Shown here: positions 24,541 to 33,688 of the stretch, piece by piece
Numbering within the stretch: position 1 is the first letter of the stretch
Layout: each line of letters begins with the position of its first letter
Virus record (IMG/VR): IMGVR_UViG_3300020459_000007
DNA length: 64,000 nt
Direction: 5' to 3' (one strand)
Source: an uncultured virus (IMG/VR IMGVR_UViG_3300020459_000007)
Lineage: Duplodnaviria > Heunggongvirae > Uroviricota > Caudoviricetes
Translations under genes and position numbers: made by a program
The notes under the pieces: model-generated
Databases searched by the model: none
Seen by the model: the letters and a program-made list of their open reading frames with translations, nothing else
What the model was told of the DNA's origin: nothing

Positions 24541-25724
24541 TCAGCAATACTCCTGAATGCTGCGAAAGATAATGATTCTTTCTTAGCTGTCTTCGCTGAA
24601 TCTTTAAAGTCCTTCTCACTTGGTGCACCTTTGTCACCCTTACTACGCATTTTCTCACCACGCTTTCTCTTAGCATGGATGTTAGCATAGAGACCCTTAC
24701 CTTCTTCAACAGTCTCTTCTTTCTTTACGTCATCCTTTTCGTACCACTTACCATCACCATCAGAGTCTTGCCAGAACTTACCCTTGCCTTTCTTTTTCTT
24801 CTCTTCACCAACGACTTCGGATCTTTCTTCCTGTGCCTTCTTCTTCTTACTACCTTTACCGTATCCTTCTGACTTGATTGCAGGTTCTACGAAAGTCTGT
24901 CCGTGTGGTCCTGCAGGTAGATCAGTGTTTACTTCTTCTTGATCTATGTTACCTTCTGGTCTAGTAACATGCTCATGAACTGCTTCTTTAGTAATAGTAA
25001 TGTCTTCAACAGCGACATTTTTCTCTAGTCCATGCTCAAACATAACATCATAGTGTGTTACAGTTCCATCTTCTAGAAGAGTATGCTCTCCTGATAGACA
25101 GTTACCTGTGCCCCACTCTGCATGCTCTACCTTAGTAGCACATGAATGCTTTACCTTTTTTATTTCTGGTTTACCTTCTTCACCCTTTGGTTCTGCAAGT
25201 TTCATACCTGGTGCATCACCACCACCTACACCATCAGCACCCTTGCCTTTAATGTCTGTGTTACCTATGGTTGCGGAGTAATCATATCTCCATGTCTCTT
25301 TAACACTCTTGAACTTAGTGTTTAAACTTGTCTCAGCAGCTAATTGTGCTAGTGACTTCTTTTCCTCGTGATGGCTCATCTTATCTTTTTTAGGGTCTGT
25401 TGGAATAACTTGTTTAACTGCAACTGTACCTGAAGGTTTCTGTACCTTCTGACCAGGCGTTAATGACATAACATACTCACGATACGCATCAGTTCCAATC
25501 TCGAATACTTCTTTGATGTCTGTAATCCAAGTGCGGAAGGTTGTTTCTTCAGCAGTAAGACACAGCACATAGTTAGGACCTCGACGTAAAATCTTACCTA
25601 CCTGACCAGCTTCAGTTAAAACCCACTCTCCTTTTTTATAGACTTCGTTCTTATAGAACTTGTCACGAGTGATGTTTTTTTCCGCGGCTTGCGTTTTCTT
25701 TGCAAAGTCAGAGAAAGATTTCAT
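24531..25724 (-). CDS. Modular late protein, probable internal virion/polyprotein
   Basis: Start MKSFSDF resembles the T4 capsid-targeting sequence; SH3-like segments; multiple xxE|K sites; TATAAATA at 25749-25756. Confidence 0.8.
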   Translation of the reverse strand: MKSFSDFAKKTQAAEKNITRDKFYKNEVYKKGEWVLTEAGQVGKILRRGPNYVLCLTAEETTFRTWITDIKEVFEIGTDAYREYVMSLTPGQKVQKPSGTVAVKQVIPTDPKKDKMSHHEEKKSLAQLAAETSLNTKFKSVKETWRYDYSATIGNTDIKGKGADGVGGGDAPGMKLAEPKGEEGKPEIKKVKHSCATKVEHAEWGTGNCLSGEHTLLEDGTVTHYDVMFEHGLEKNVAVEDITITKEAVHEHVTRPEGNIDQEEVNTDLPAGPHGQTFVEPAIKSEGYGKGSKKKKAQEERSEVVGEEKKKKGKGKFWQDSDGDGKWYEKDDVKKEETVEEGKGLYANIHAKRKRGEKMRSKGDKGAPSEKDFKDSAKTAKKESLSFAAFRSIAEKK

Positions 25725-25748
25725 TAATATAGATGTACATATCAAACT

Positions 25749-25756
25749 TATTTATA
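25749..25756 (-). promoter_or_regulatory. T4 late promoter TATAAATA
   Basis: Exact consensus, 25 nt upstream of the likely ATG. Confidence 0.75.
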
Positions 25757-26303
25757 AGCCCATACCCTCTCTAACCTTTGCCATGAGCTCTAGTTTATCT
25801 TCAGCACTCATAGTATCTGGTATTCCACTCATAAAATCTACTGTTTTTACATCTTTTGCTGCTGCTCTCATCTTACTTGCAGACATTCCACTGGCACCTT
25901 CCGCGTCTGGATCTCTCTCACCAGCAGATACAACTTGAATAGTACTAAATGAGAAGTCTACCCTATTATATTTCTGTAGTATCTTATCAAAGTCAGTTAC
26001 CCTATCAGAACCCACCACCATTATGAGGTCACTATAGTCTTTCATCATTAAATGCTGTGCAACTTTAATAATAGTATTGCAACATGCCTTTTCATCAATA
26101 TGATCTGCAGCAAACGGAAACATCTTCTGCATTACGGAAACCTTATACTCATATGGCAATGGATTATCTGGTTTTTTGTGTGTCTGTGATGGAAAGATCA
26201 ACCAGTCACTAGAACCCGCTTCTTTCTCCACTGCCTTGATAAGTTTTTCGTGTCCTATGGTGGGTGGATTGAACCTACCAAATGTGAAATAACATGTGCT
26301 CAT
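25752..26303 (-). CDS. HIGH-superfamily nucleotidyltransferase (cytidylyltransferase-like)
   Basis: FGRFNPPTIGHEKL, NPL, VVGSDR, GMSASKMR. Confidence 0.85.
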   Translation of the reverse strand: MSTCYFTFGRFNPPTIGHEKLIKAVEKEAGSSDWLIFPSQTHKKPDNPLPYEYKVSVMQKMFPFAADHIDEKACCNTIIKVAQHLMMKDYSDLIMVVGSDRVTDFDKILQKYNRVDFSFSTIQVVSAGERDPDAEGASGMSASKMRAAAKDVKTVDFMSGIPDTMSAEDKLELMAKVREGMGL

Positions 26304-27511
26304 TTACTATCTCCTGCGACCCAGTTCTTTTCTACATTGAAGTTGGCAACACTAAAGGTGAGACGATCAACCAGTTTAACTGCCTTAGATCCCTCTTGGA
26401 TAGCAACATATCCCTCTGGTGCAGTGATCTTGTACCCATTCTCTGTCCTGAGATATGTACCAAACCTTTCACCCTTCTCTAGTTTACGAATGAACATCTC
26501 CTTTGCCAACTGGAGGTTCTTATATAGATCAATCGTCTTGGTTAAGTCACTCTCATGCTTCTTGATAAGATCTTGACCATCATATAACTTAGCAAGTTTA
26601 CCTGCCTTACCTTTTGGTGACTTCAATTTGTCTGCTGCCTTCCTACACTCATCCTCAAAGTACTTTTTAAATTCTTTTACAACTGTAACGGATGATCCCA
26701 TCTTTTTACCCTCTCTAACATACTTGTTAAAGAAGATCTTTAGTCTAGTTCCAACAGCTAACTGATCTTTACCTGCATTATGCTCTGCCATGGTGTCTAG
26801 GAACGTACCTGCTACCAGACTAGCACTCTTAGTCCTTATTGATACCAGTTCATTCTTCTCAGAACTATCAAGTAAGATGTCATTACCTAGTTGTTCTGTC
26901 TCAGCACTAAGAACTAACACATCTTTACTGTTGTTTAGTTGGTTAACGTTGTATCCAAACGATGCTTTCAACCCTTGGATAGTACTACCACTATAACTGG
27001 TATGAAATACTATACCAAGTTTTGCTTTGAGTGCCTTTTCATATAGTTCATCCTCTGAAGGGATACAATAGGTGATAGTATTGGGTTGAAATATAAGACA
27101 GTCCTGTCCATCAATTTTTTTCTTTTCTTTATCATCAGTAAAGAGTAAGTCACCCTGTGCTATACCCTTAATGCCTAGATCAGGGAGGTAAGTCAGACAA
27201 TCTTTCAACTTAGTAGCAAGACCAGGTGACCCACCATGGTATGCATCTACATCTGAGTGTGTAAAATTGATCTTGGCATCCTTATTGAAGATAGATTTAC
27301 TACCAACAAAAAATCTATTGGTGCCAGGATATGTGCCACAGAATACAGCAGGTGCACCGTCCCATTTAGTAGTAATTTTTAAGTTATTATTACCACCAGC
27401 ACTAAAAGTCTTAGCAAGTTCATCCAAGAACACAAAAGCATCTGTAGCACCCTCTTTACCATCAAGGAGGATGCTATCTTCTAAGTGTTCGAGGTGTGTG
27501 TTCTTACTCAT
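26300..27511 (-). CDS. Conserved hypothetical protein (DUF6267-like) with ligase/capping-enzyme-like motifs
   Basis: KNTHLEHLED; TTKWDGAP (KxDG), QGDLLF, PEGYVA, VKLVDR. Confidence 0.75.
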   Translation of the reverse strand: MSKNTHLEHLEDSILLDGKEGATDAFVFLDELAKTFSAGGNNNLKITTKWDGAPAVFCGTYPGTNRFFVGSKSIFNKDAKINFTHSDVDAYHGGSPGLATKLKDCLTYLPDLGIKGIAQGDLLFTDDKEKKKIDGQDCLIFQPNTITYCIPSEDELYEKALKAKLGIVFHTSYSGSTIQGLKASFGYNVNQLNNSKDVLVLSAETEQLGNDILLDSSEKNELVSIRTKSASLVAGTFLDTMAEHNAGKDQLAVGTRLKIFFNKYVREGKKMGSSVTVVKEFKKYFEDECRKAADKLKSPKGKAGKLAKLYDGQDLIKKHESDLTKTIDLYKNLQLAKEMFIRKLEKGERFGTYLRTENGYKITAPEGYVAIQEGSKAVKLVDRLTFSVANFNVEKNWVAGDSK

Positions 27512-29046
27512 TAGTATATTTTAGCAAATGCACCGTACTTTCGTCCTTCTTTTTTGGCAAGAAATACCATGTCAGTTCCAAACTGATCTCTATCTTCATC
27601 ACTGAGTGATAGGTACTCAGATAACCATTTGATCTGTTGGCATTTGGAGTTAGCAACATGAGGTTTTGTACCAAATACAAATAGTAAATTATTATATGCT
27701 GTATCCACATCAGGAACATCAATATCTACACCTGCTTTATCCAAAACCTCTATCAGTTCTTTCCACTTGCCATTTTTATTGGCAAGAAACTGGGCAGCAT
27801 CCATTGGATATGCTTCATTACTTTTTTGGAAACTCAAACTGTAGTCTTTTAACAGTTGTTCTACCAGTTCCACAGTTGCTTTACCTAATCTAGCAGCAGT
27901 AGCACCTGATGAGGTGGGTTCATATTTTAAATTAGAATACCCAGTGCTGTTGTTGCCTTTGATTTGAAAATTATATGTATTACCACCATCTTTTATGTAC
28001 AATCTAGTGTCCTGAGTGGATAAAGTTATAGAACCTTCCTTGTCTTTCTTCTGTCCCATCTTACAATCAGCTTTCTCATACTCAAAATGCAACTGATCCA
28101 ACTTGGTAAAGAACTCACTCTTATCATTCACAAATTGTATTCGTGCATCCTGTCCTGCAGCTACCTTTTTGAGAGAAATACCAAACACTTGTCTAGCTTT
28201 GAATAACATTCTCATTATAGCATTTAATTCGGTAATTGACTTTGCTTTTGAACGTCCTCTTCTACCAGAATTTACCGCAGCACCTATCATATTTGTCCAC
28301 TTAGTCTCATCCTGTATCAACCATATGTCTGCAGGGTTCCAGTTGTCCTTAGCACTGATATCAAAATTGTCTTTGACTATCTTAGTAATAAATTCCATGA
28401 ACCCACCGTCACGATTGAACTCTGTGAACGCAGGTTTGCCTATCTTAGCAAGCAATGTCTTCTGTTGCTTATAGAAATTGTCTATCCAAGTGTCATCAAC
28501 TTCATCTACCTTACCAATCCTCTTCCATATATCCTTGATACCTTTCATAGTATCGTCATCGCTCTTTAATGCTTCTGCATCCTTCCACGTTGCGTTCTCT
28601 GCTATAGCTCTTTTGAATACAAAGGCAGAACCTAGTTCTTGCATCCTTGTCATGGTCGCTTCACTGACCGCTTTACCAGTAGAGTCAGTAAGTTTACCTG
28701 TTGCTTGGAATTTTATTTTCTGAGTACCAACGTACAGTGAGATGTATGGTTTAACTCCAGTATCATAGTCTTTAGAACTACCTTTCAGTGCAGTTATGTA
28801 ACTATTTTTATACCGTGCGATCAATCTTCTGACAGCACTCTCACTAGTTTTTATAGAGATCCAACTATCTGTAGGTTCAGTGCCAAATGTTGATTTACCA
28901 TCCCATTTACCATAGTTTATGTTGGGATCATGTCTCCAAACAGAGTCCTGACCTGCAACATCCATTATATTTTCCATCTCTTCCTTTACAGGACGACCCT
29001 TGATTGCTCTTAGTAAATCTCTTCTATCAATGTTCTGGTATGCCAT
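27511..29046 (-). CDS. Large hypothetical protein with a PD-(D/E)xK-like core
   Basis: MQE...KDNWNPADIW...GISLKK; nuclease fold is an inference. Confidence 0.7.
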   Translation of the reverse strand: MAYQNIDRRDLLRAIKGRPVKEEMENIMDVAGQDSVWRHDPNINYGKWDGKSTFGTEPTDSWISIKTSESAVRRLIARYKNSYITALKGSSKDYDTGVKPYISLYVGTQKIKFQATGKLTDSTGKAVSEATMTRMQELGSAFVFKRAIAENATWKDAEALKSDDDTMKGIKDIWKRIGKVDEVDDTWIDNFYKQQKTLLAKIGKPAFTEFNRDGGFMEFITKIVKDNFDISAKDNWNPADIWLIQDETKWTNMIGAAVNSGRRGRSKAKSITELNAIMRMLFKARQVFGISLKKVAAGQDARIQFVNDKSEFFTKLDQLHFEYEKADCKMGQKKDKEGSITLSTQDTRLYIKDGGNTYNFQIKGNNSTGYSNLKYEPTSSGATAARLGKATVELVEQLLKDYSLSFQKSNEAYPMDAAQFLANKNGKWKELIEVLDKAGVDIDVPDVDTAYNNLLFVFGTKPHVANSKCQQIKWLSEYLSLSDEDRDQFGTDMVFLAKKEGRKYGAFAKIY

Positions 29047-29051
29047 TATTA

Positions 29052-29720
29052 TCAGAAGCTTTTCCAATATTTAGGAGGAAGCAACCCCGATTCTGTATCC
29101 GTTCTATGTTTTAGAGTTAGAAGGATGTCACCAGCAAGACTAATTCGTCTATGTTCTCTGGGTTGAGAAGTAGTATAGTGTTCAAGATGACCAGGAAACA
29201 TAATAAGGTGCTGAGCCTGTGGGGTGATAGCATATCCATCACCATTGTTAAATCTATTTTCTTTAATGAGTTTAAATGCATCTCCAAACCATTCGTTAGG
29301 GTTCTTTTTATGTAAAATTAAGGGGTCACCAGGTGTCTGTATATAGTATACCCATGATATGTGTGCACATGAGTGATAGTGACATGGGAAGTGCTGACCA
29401 GGATCACAGATAGTAAACCAAGACTTAACAAAATTTACCTCGTAGGTAGATTTGTCTATGGCAAACTGATCCATGTACTCTACAGCACACTTTTTCACAG
29501 CTCTAAAAAATGGTTCTAGTCTTAAGTCCTGATGGACTAGAACCTTACCATTTAATTCCCCTGTTATTTTACCTGTGCTGTTGTCAAATTTAGCATCGTC
29601 AAATCCTTGGTACAATACGTTCAAGAAACCAGTAAGTTCCTTCTCATATATTAATAAAGGGAATGCTTGGTGAAATTTAGAGGTCGTCTTCTGCACGAAC
29701 TTCGGAGTAATTGATATCAA
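29052..29720 (-). CDS. 2OG-Fe(II) oxygenase (TIGR02466-like)
   Basis: KSWF...HYH...ISWVYY...FPGHLEH...RISLAGD; true start may be the downstream GTG. Confidence 0.82.
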   Translation of the reverse strand: MISITPKFVQKTTSKFHQAFPLLIYEKELTGFLNVLYQGFDDAKFDNSTGKITGELNGKVLVHQDLRLEPFFRAVKKCAVEYMDQFAIDKSTYEVNFVKSWFTICDPGQHFPCHYHSCAHISWVYYIQTPGDPLILHKKNPNEWFGDAFKLIKENRFNNGDGYAITPQAQHLIMFPGHLEHYTTSQPREHRRISLAGDILLTLKHRTDTESGLLPPKYWKSF

Positions 29721-30081
29721 ACTTACCGCCAGGATATCTCTTCTCTAATTTCTTAATATTACCTTCAATTACCTCATCAAAACTGATGTCCAGAGCCATG
29801 CAAGCTTGTGCCACGTACCACATAACGTCACCCAACTCAATAATAAGATGCTTTCTATTATCATCGTTCCATGGCTTTCCTTGGAAGACCATCTTCTTAA
29901 CGATCTCCAAGAACTCTCCAGACTCAGCAGCAAGCCCAACGCCAGCAGTGGTAAGGCGTTCAATATTGGCACCCTTTTGGTCAAGTTCAACCAAACGATC
30001 AGCAAGATAGACAAAATCTTTAGAACTATCGCTTGTGACAGTATCCACGAAATGACTGTACTTATCAAAATCTATTGTCAT
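29677..30081 (-). CDS. mazG: MazG-family nucleotide pyrophosphohydrolase
   Basis: GLAAESGEFLEIVKK...ELGDVMWY...KLEKRYP. Confidence 0.92.
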   Translation of the reverse strand: MTIDFDKYSHFVDTVTSDSSKDFVYLADRLVELDQKGANIERLTTAGVGLAAESGEFLEIVKKMVFQGKPWNDDNRKHLIIELGDVMWYVAQACMALDISFDEVIEGNIKKLEKRYPGGKFDINYSEVRAEDDL

Positions 30082-30107
30082 AGTAAATTCTTTATCAAAT
30101 GTATGTA

Positions 30108-31481
30108 TTATACTTTCAGACTGGCAAATTTCTTAGATAAATTCTCTTGAACTTTCTCCATGTCCTCTTGTCCAGAGTCGGACAAGTTTTGTTGAGCACT
30201 TTGCTCTACATCATACAACCTCATCTTAGCTCTGTCAATACCCACCACGAAACGTTTGTTCACAGTAGGATCATTGTATCTATTTTTCAATTGCTTAACC
30301 ATTATCTGTCCTAATCCTTCCAACTCTTCGGAAGAGATAAGAGCAAACATAAGGTCAGCAGTAGCAGGTAAACCAAATGACTCACTTGTATCGGTGAGAT
30401 CAATATCACTACTAGCAAAACCAGAACGAGTGGTCTGAGTAGCAGATACGATAGGTAAGTTTGCTTCGACTGCAAGTCCTCTAAGTTCTTCTGCGATTGC
30501 CTTGATGTAGGAATACGAGTTGACATTACTTGCTGCTCGATACCTTGATGATGAGCATATATTGAGGTAGTCTATGAATATTATATCAGGTTTGAATGAT
30601 TTTTTCAAGGCTAACTCATTGAGTAATGACTTGAAATGACCACAATGTGCTGATGCTGTAGGATATTCCTTAACGATCAACTTACCTTCAGTTTTCTTAC
30701 TCAATGCTGTAATCTTATTGTCGAACATCAACTTGGGTAGTTGGTTCAAGTTCTGTATATCACAGTTTAGAAGGTTACTATCTATTCTTTCTGCTATTTT
30801 TTCCTCTGCCATCTCAAGAGTGATGTACAGGACATCTTTACCTTGGAGAAGAGCAGCACTAGCAACATGGCACATGAACAAAGACTTCCCCACACCAGTG
30901 CCTGCAAGAGCAATGTTGAGAGTTTTATTAGGTAGACCACCTTTCGTAATCTTGTTGAAGAATTCCAGATCGAAAGGTATCTTATCTTCAGTTTTATGGT
31001 AGAACTCGTATCGTTCTTCGTAATCTTGTAGGTAATCATGTCCTATGTGGTTGTCGAAACTAACCCCTAAGGCTTCAGAAAGTATACTAGGTATAGCAGT
31101 GGGACTTTGTTTGTCATCATTGCCTTCTGCTATCTTAATACTCTCCATTAGTGCAAGATAAATTGCACGTTCTTTGCACCATTTCTCTGTGGTGTCTACA
31201 ATCCAGTCAGGATCAGATTTTTCATCATCTATATCCCTAATTAATTTTACAATATTTTGATGCTGCTCATCAGATATACTATCTAACTGACCAACTTCAA
31301 TTTCTAGTGCTTCCTTAGTAGGTAAAGCGTTGTACTGTGAGAAGTATTTAGATATAATATCAAATAAGTTCTTCTCTAATAAGTCAGCAAAATACTCTCC
31401 CTTAATAAAAGGTAATGCCTTACGGACATAGACCTCATCAAGCAGTAGGTTCTTTAATATTAGATTCTCTACCTTGTTCAT
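30108..31481 (-). CDS. gp41: Replicative DNA helicase (T4 gp41)
   Basis: AGTGVGKS, TLEM, IFIDYLNI, SATQTTR, KQLKNRY. Confidence 0.97.
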   Translation of the reverse strand: MNKVENLILKNLLLDEVYVRKALPFIKGEYFADLLEKNLFDIISKYFSQYNALPTKEALEIEVGQLDSISDEQHQNIVKLIRDIDDEKSDPDWIVDTTEKWCKERAIYLALMESIKIAEGNDDKQSPTAIPSILSEALGVSFDNHIGHDYLQDYEERYEFYHKTEDKIPFDLEFFNKITKGGLPNKTLNIALAGTGVGKSLFMCHVASAALLQGKDVLYITLEMAEEKIAERIDSNLLNCDIQNLNQLPKLMFDNKITALSKKTEGKLIVKEYPTASAHCGHFKSLLNELALKKSFKPDIIFIDYLNICSSSRYRAASNVNSYSYIKAIAEELRGLAVEANLPIVSATQTTRSGFASSDIDLTDTSESFGLPATADLMFALISSEELEGLGQIMVKQLKNRYNDPTVNKRFVVGIDRAKMRLYDVEQSAQQNLSDSGQEDMEKVQENLSKKFASLKV

Positions 31482-32016
31482 TCAGTTTTAGTATTAGTGG
31501 GACTGTGATTGTCATTCTAGTTTCCTTCTGGACAGGAGAACTATGCTCCATGAAGGATGGATATATTATAGCATCACCTTTATTAATATACAACCCTGCT
31601 GCATCTTGCCATTCATCAATGTGTGCTGGCTTGAATGCATTCATTGGTTGTCTTGCAGGATGATGTAGTGTGTCTGATGCTCCACCGTCAACCACATCAA
31701 CGTAATGTATTAGAGTATAGTGACTGGGTAGGGTATCAAATCTATCAGTACTCTCCCCCTTCTCTAACACCTTAAGTATAATTGCATCCATAGTAATTGA
31801 ATGCGTGTCAAAACACTCAATATCAGTAAGAAATTGCTCTAATAGGTCAGTGTATATCTGAGTTAGGTTGTACCCAAATTCTCTGACACTAAACAAGAAA
31901 GGAGAAGGTACTCTTAACCTCTCTTCCTTCCATATATTAGAGACATAATCAATAAACTGTTGATTATTGTCAACGTTATATTTTCTAACAGGGATGGCAA
32001 ATAAATCGTCTCTCAT
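31438..32016 (-). CDS. Degenerate TIGR02466-like oxygenase
   Basis: LFAIPV N-terminus and GDAIIYPSFMEH...RMTI present, but HxH is replaced by RFD. Confidence 0.7.
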   Translation of the reverse strand: MRDDLFAIPVRKYNVDNNQQFIDYVSNIWKEERLRVPSPFLFSVREFGYNLTQIYTDLLEQFLTDIECFDTHSITMDAIILKVLEKGESTDRFDTLPSHYTLIHYVDVVDGGASDTLHHPARQPMNAFKPAHIDEWQDAAGLYINKGDAIIYPSFMEHSSPVQKETRMTITVPLILKLNEQGRESNIKEPTA

Positions 32017-32663
32017 GCTTGCACCAAATTACAGTTAAATGCGACAGATATCCTATCTTCCTTAGAATTATTCACGTGTACACCATGTCTGAGGTAAGAT
32101 GGGAACAATAATATCTCACCATCTTGAGGTGCAAAATCATATGCAGGAAATATATCTGTATTTTCTATCAATTCATTAGAATAACCTGCTATGTTAGGAT
32201 GACTATAGTAATTTGGATTTTCAAATTCTATCTTGCCACACTCAGGTTGAGATTTAATCCACATAACACCCGAAAGATCACAATTGGGATGAGTATGTCC
32301 ATTATTAAGTGAACCTGGTGGATTAATATTGATCCACATACCTGTCATCTTCAAACCAAATCCATCTCTAAATCCACCAATGCTAGATAGACCTCTTGCT
32401 AGTACATCTAGGAGAGTTGATTGCTTTTCGTGGTAATTATTTTTAGATTGCCAACCATTTATATTAGTTGCTGATGCACCTTCTGGATCTCTACCTCTTT
32501 CCCCATAAGAATACCCAATTAGTTCATCTTGGATAGGTTCAAATCCCTCTACCTTTGCTTGGAATACGAGAGAAGGAAATAGTACTTTAATATCTGAACT
32601 CTTTTTTACAGTCTTCTTATAATCATTGATGTCAAGAGAGGGTGGTTCTAATCCTGGAAACAT
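32013..32663 (-). CDS. 2OG-Fe(II) oxygenase (TIGR02466-like)
   Basis: GWQS...WININ...HTHP..DLSGV...FPSYLRHGV...RISVAFN. Confidence 0.9.
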   Translation of the reverse strand: MFPGLEPPSLDINDYKKTVKKSSDIKVLFPSLVFQAKVEGFEPIQDELIGYSYGERGRDPEGASATNINGWQSKNNYHEKQSTLLDVLARGLSSIGGFRDGFGLKMTGMWININPPGSLNNGHTHPNCDLSGVMWIKSQPECGKIEFENPNYYSHPNIAGYSNELIENTDIFPAYDFAPQDGEILLFPSYLRHGVHVNNSKEDRISVAFNCNLVQA

Positions 32664-33688
32664 TATACTTTCTCCTTGCCATATAAAAACTCTTGACCTG
32701 CTGCCCAGTCAAGTTTCTCCATTATTTCTCCTGTGAAGTACTTGTCAGGATCCTTGAGAATAGCAGAAGGATAGACGCTAGACTCCCCAACAACAACACG
32801 GTTTCCCTTACGTTCAAAAACTCCATACTTCTCACCCAGTTCCAGTAACCCGTAATATTTGTCAAGTCCACGTGCATCAAAATATAACCTCGTCTCTACT
32901 ATTGAATTCTCTACAGTTAGACGCGACTTAGCAGCCTTTGCTTTGACAATGTTTCCAATAACTTCCTTTCCATCTTTCTCCTTTTTCTTTGATAAGTATA
33001 TGATTGTACTCGCAGCGTATTTAAGTCCACTACCTCCACCCATTTCTTTAGTTGGAACATAGGCACCAACGACATCGTATGTGTGATTTGTAACCAGTAA
33101 GGGGACATTTGCTTTTCCTAATTTTAAAGTGAGAATTCTGAATATTGCCTTAACAACTTGTGCTCTAGTCATGTCACGAGTGTCTTTACCCTCGGCACTG
33201 TCTGCTAGTTCTTTAGATGTTGAAAGCATTCCTAAAGAATCTAACACAAACATCATAGGTTTGCGATCCTTTATGTCTAATGCAAGATATTTATCTAAGA
33301 TCTGGATTGCTTGTGTTCTAAACTCTTGAACTGTGGTGACAGGAACTAGTATCATACGTTGTCCATCTATACCACGTTCATCAATCATCTGTTTAGTGAC
33401 TGCAGCCTCACTCTCAAAGTAAACTACACCTGCATCTGGATTATCTTTTAGATAACTCTGGACTACACCAAGACAAAAGAATGTTTTACCTGTACCACTC
33501 TCACCTGCTAGTGCAGTAATTTTATTACTTGGCACACCACCATAGATGCTACCACTACAAAGAGCATTAAAAATATATGATCCTGTGTCTACAAAAGATT
33601 CAATGTCACCGACACCACCTTCTGATAATAATCCTGCGTATTCATTGTCAATCTCTTTGACAATGCTTTTTAAAAATGATGAAGTCAT
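32663..33688 (-). CDS. uvsX: RecA-like recombinase
   Basis: [28 protein letters not shown]. Confidence 0.95.
   Translation of the reverse strand: MTSSFLKSIVKEIDNEYAGLLSEGGVGDIESFVDTGSYIFNALCSGSIYGGVPSNKITALAGESGTGKTFFCLGVVQSYLKDNPDAGVVYFESEAAVTKQMIDERGIDGQRMILVPVTTVQEFRTQAIQILDKYLALDIKDRKPMMFVLDSLGMLSTSKELADSAEGKDTRDMTRAQVVKAIFRILTLKLGKANVPLLVTNHTYDVVGAYVPTKEMGGGSGLKYAASTIIYLSKKKEKDGKEVIGNIVKAKAAKSRLTVENSIVETRLYFDARGLDKYYGLLELGEKYGVFERKGNRVVVGESSVYPSAILKDPDKYFTGEIMEKLDWAAGQEFLYGKEKV

Noticed and set aside
24482..24709. 75-aa track ORF crossing the frameshift site
   Set aside because: It is the +1 frame, with no motif or SD; the -1 frame carries the slippery site and the Cys/His motif
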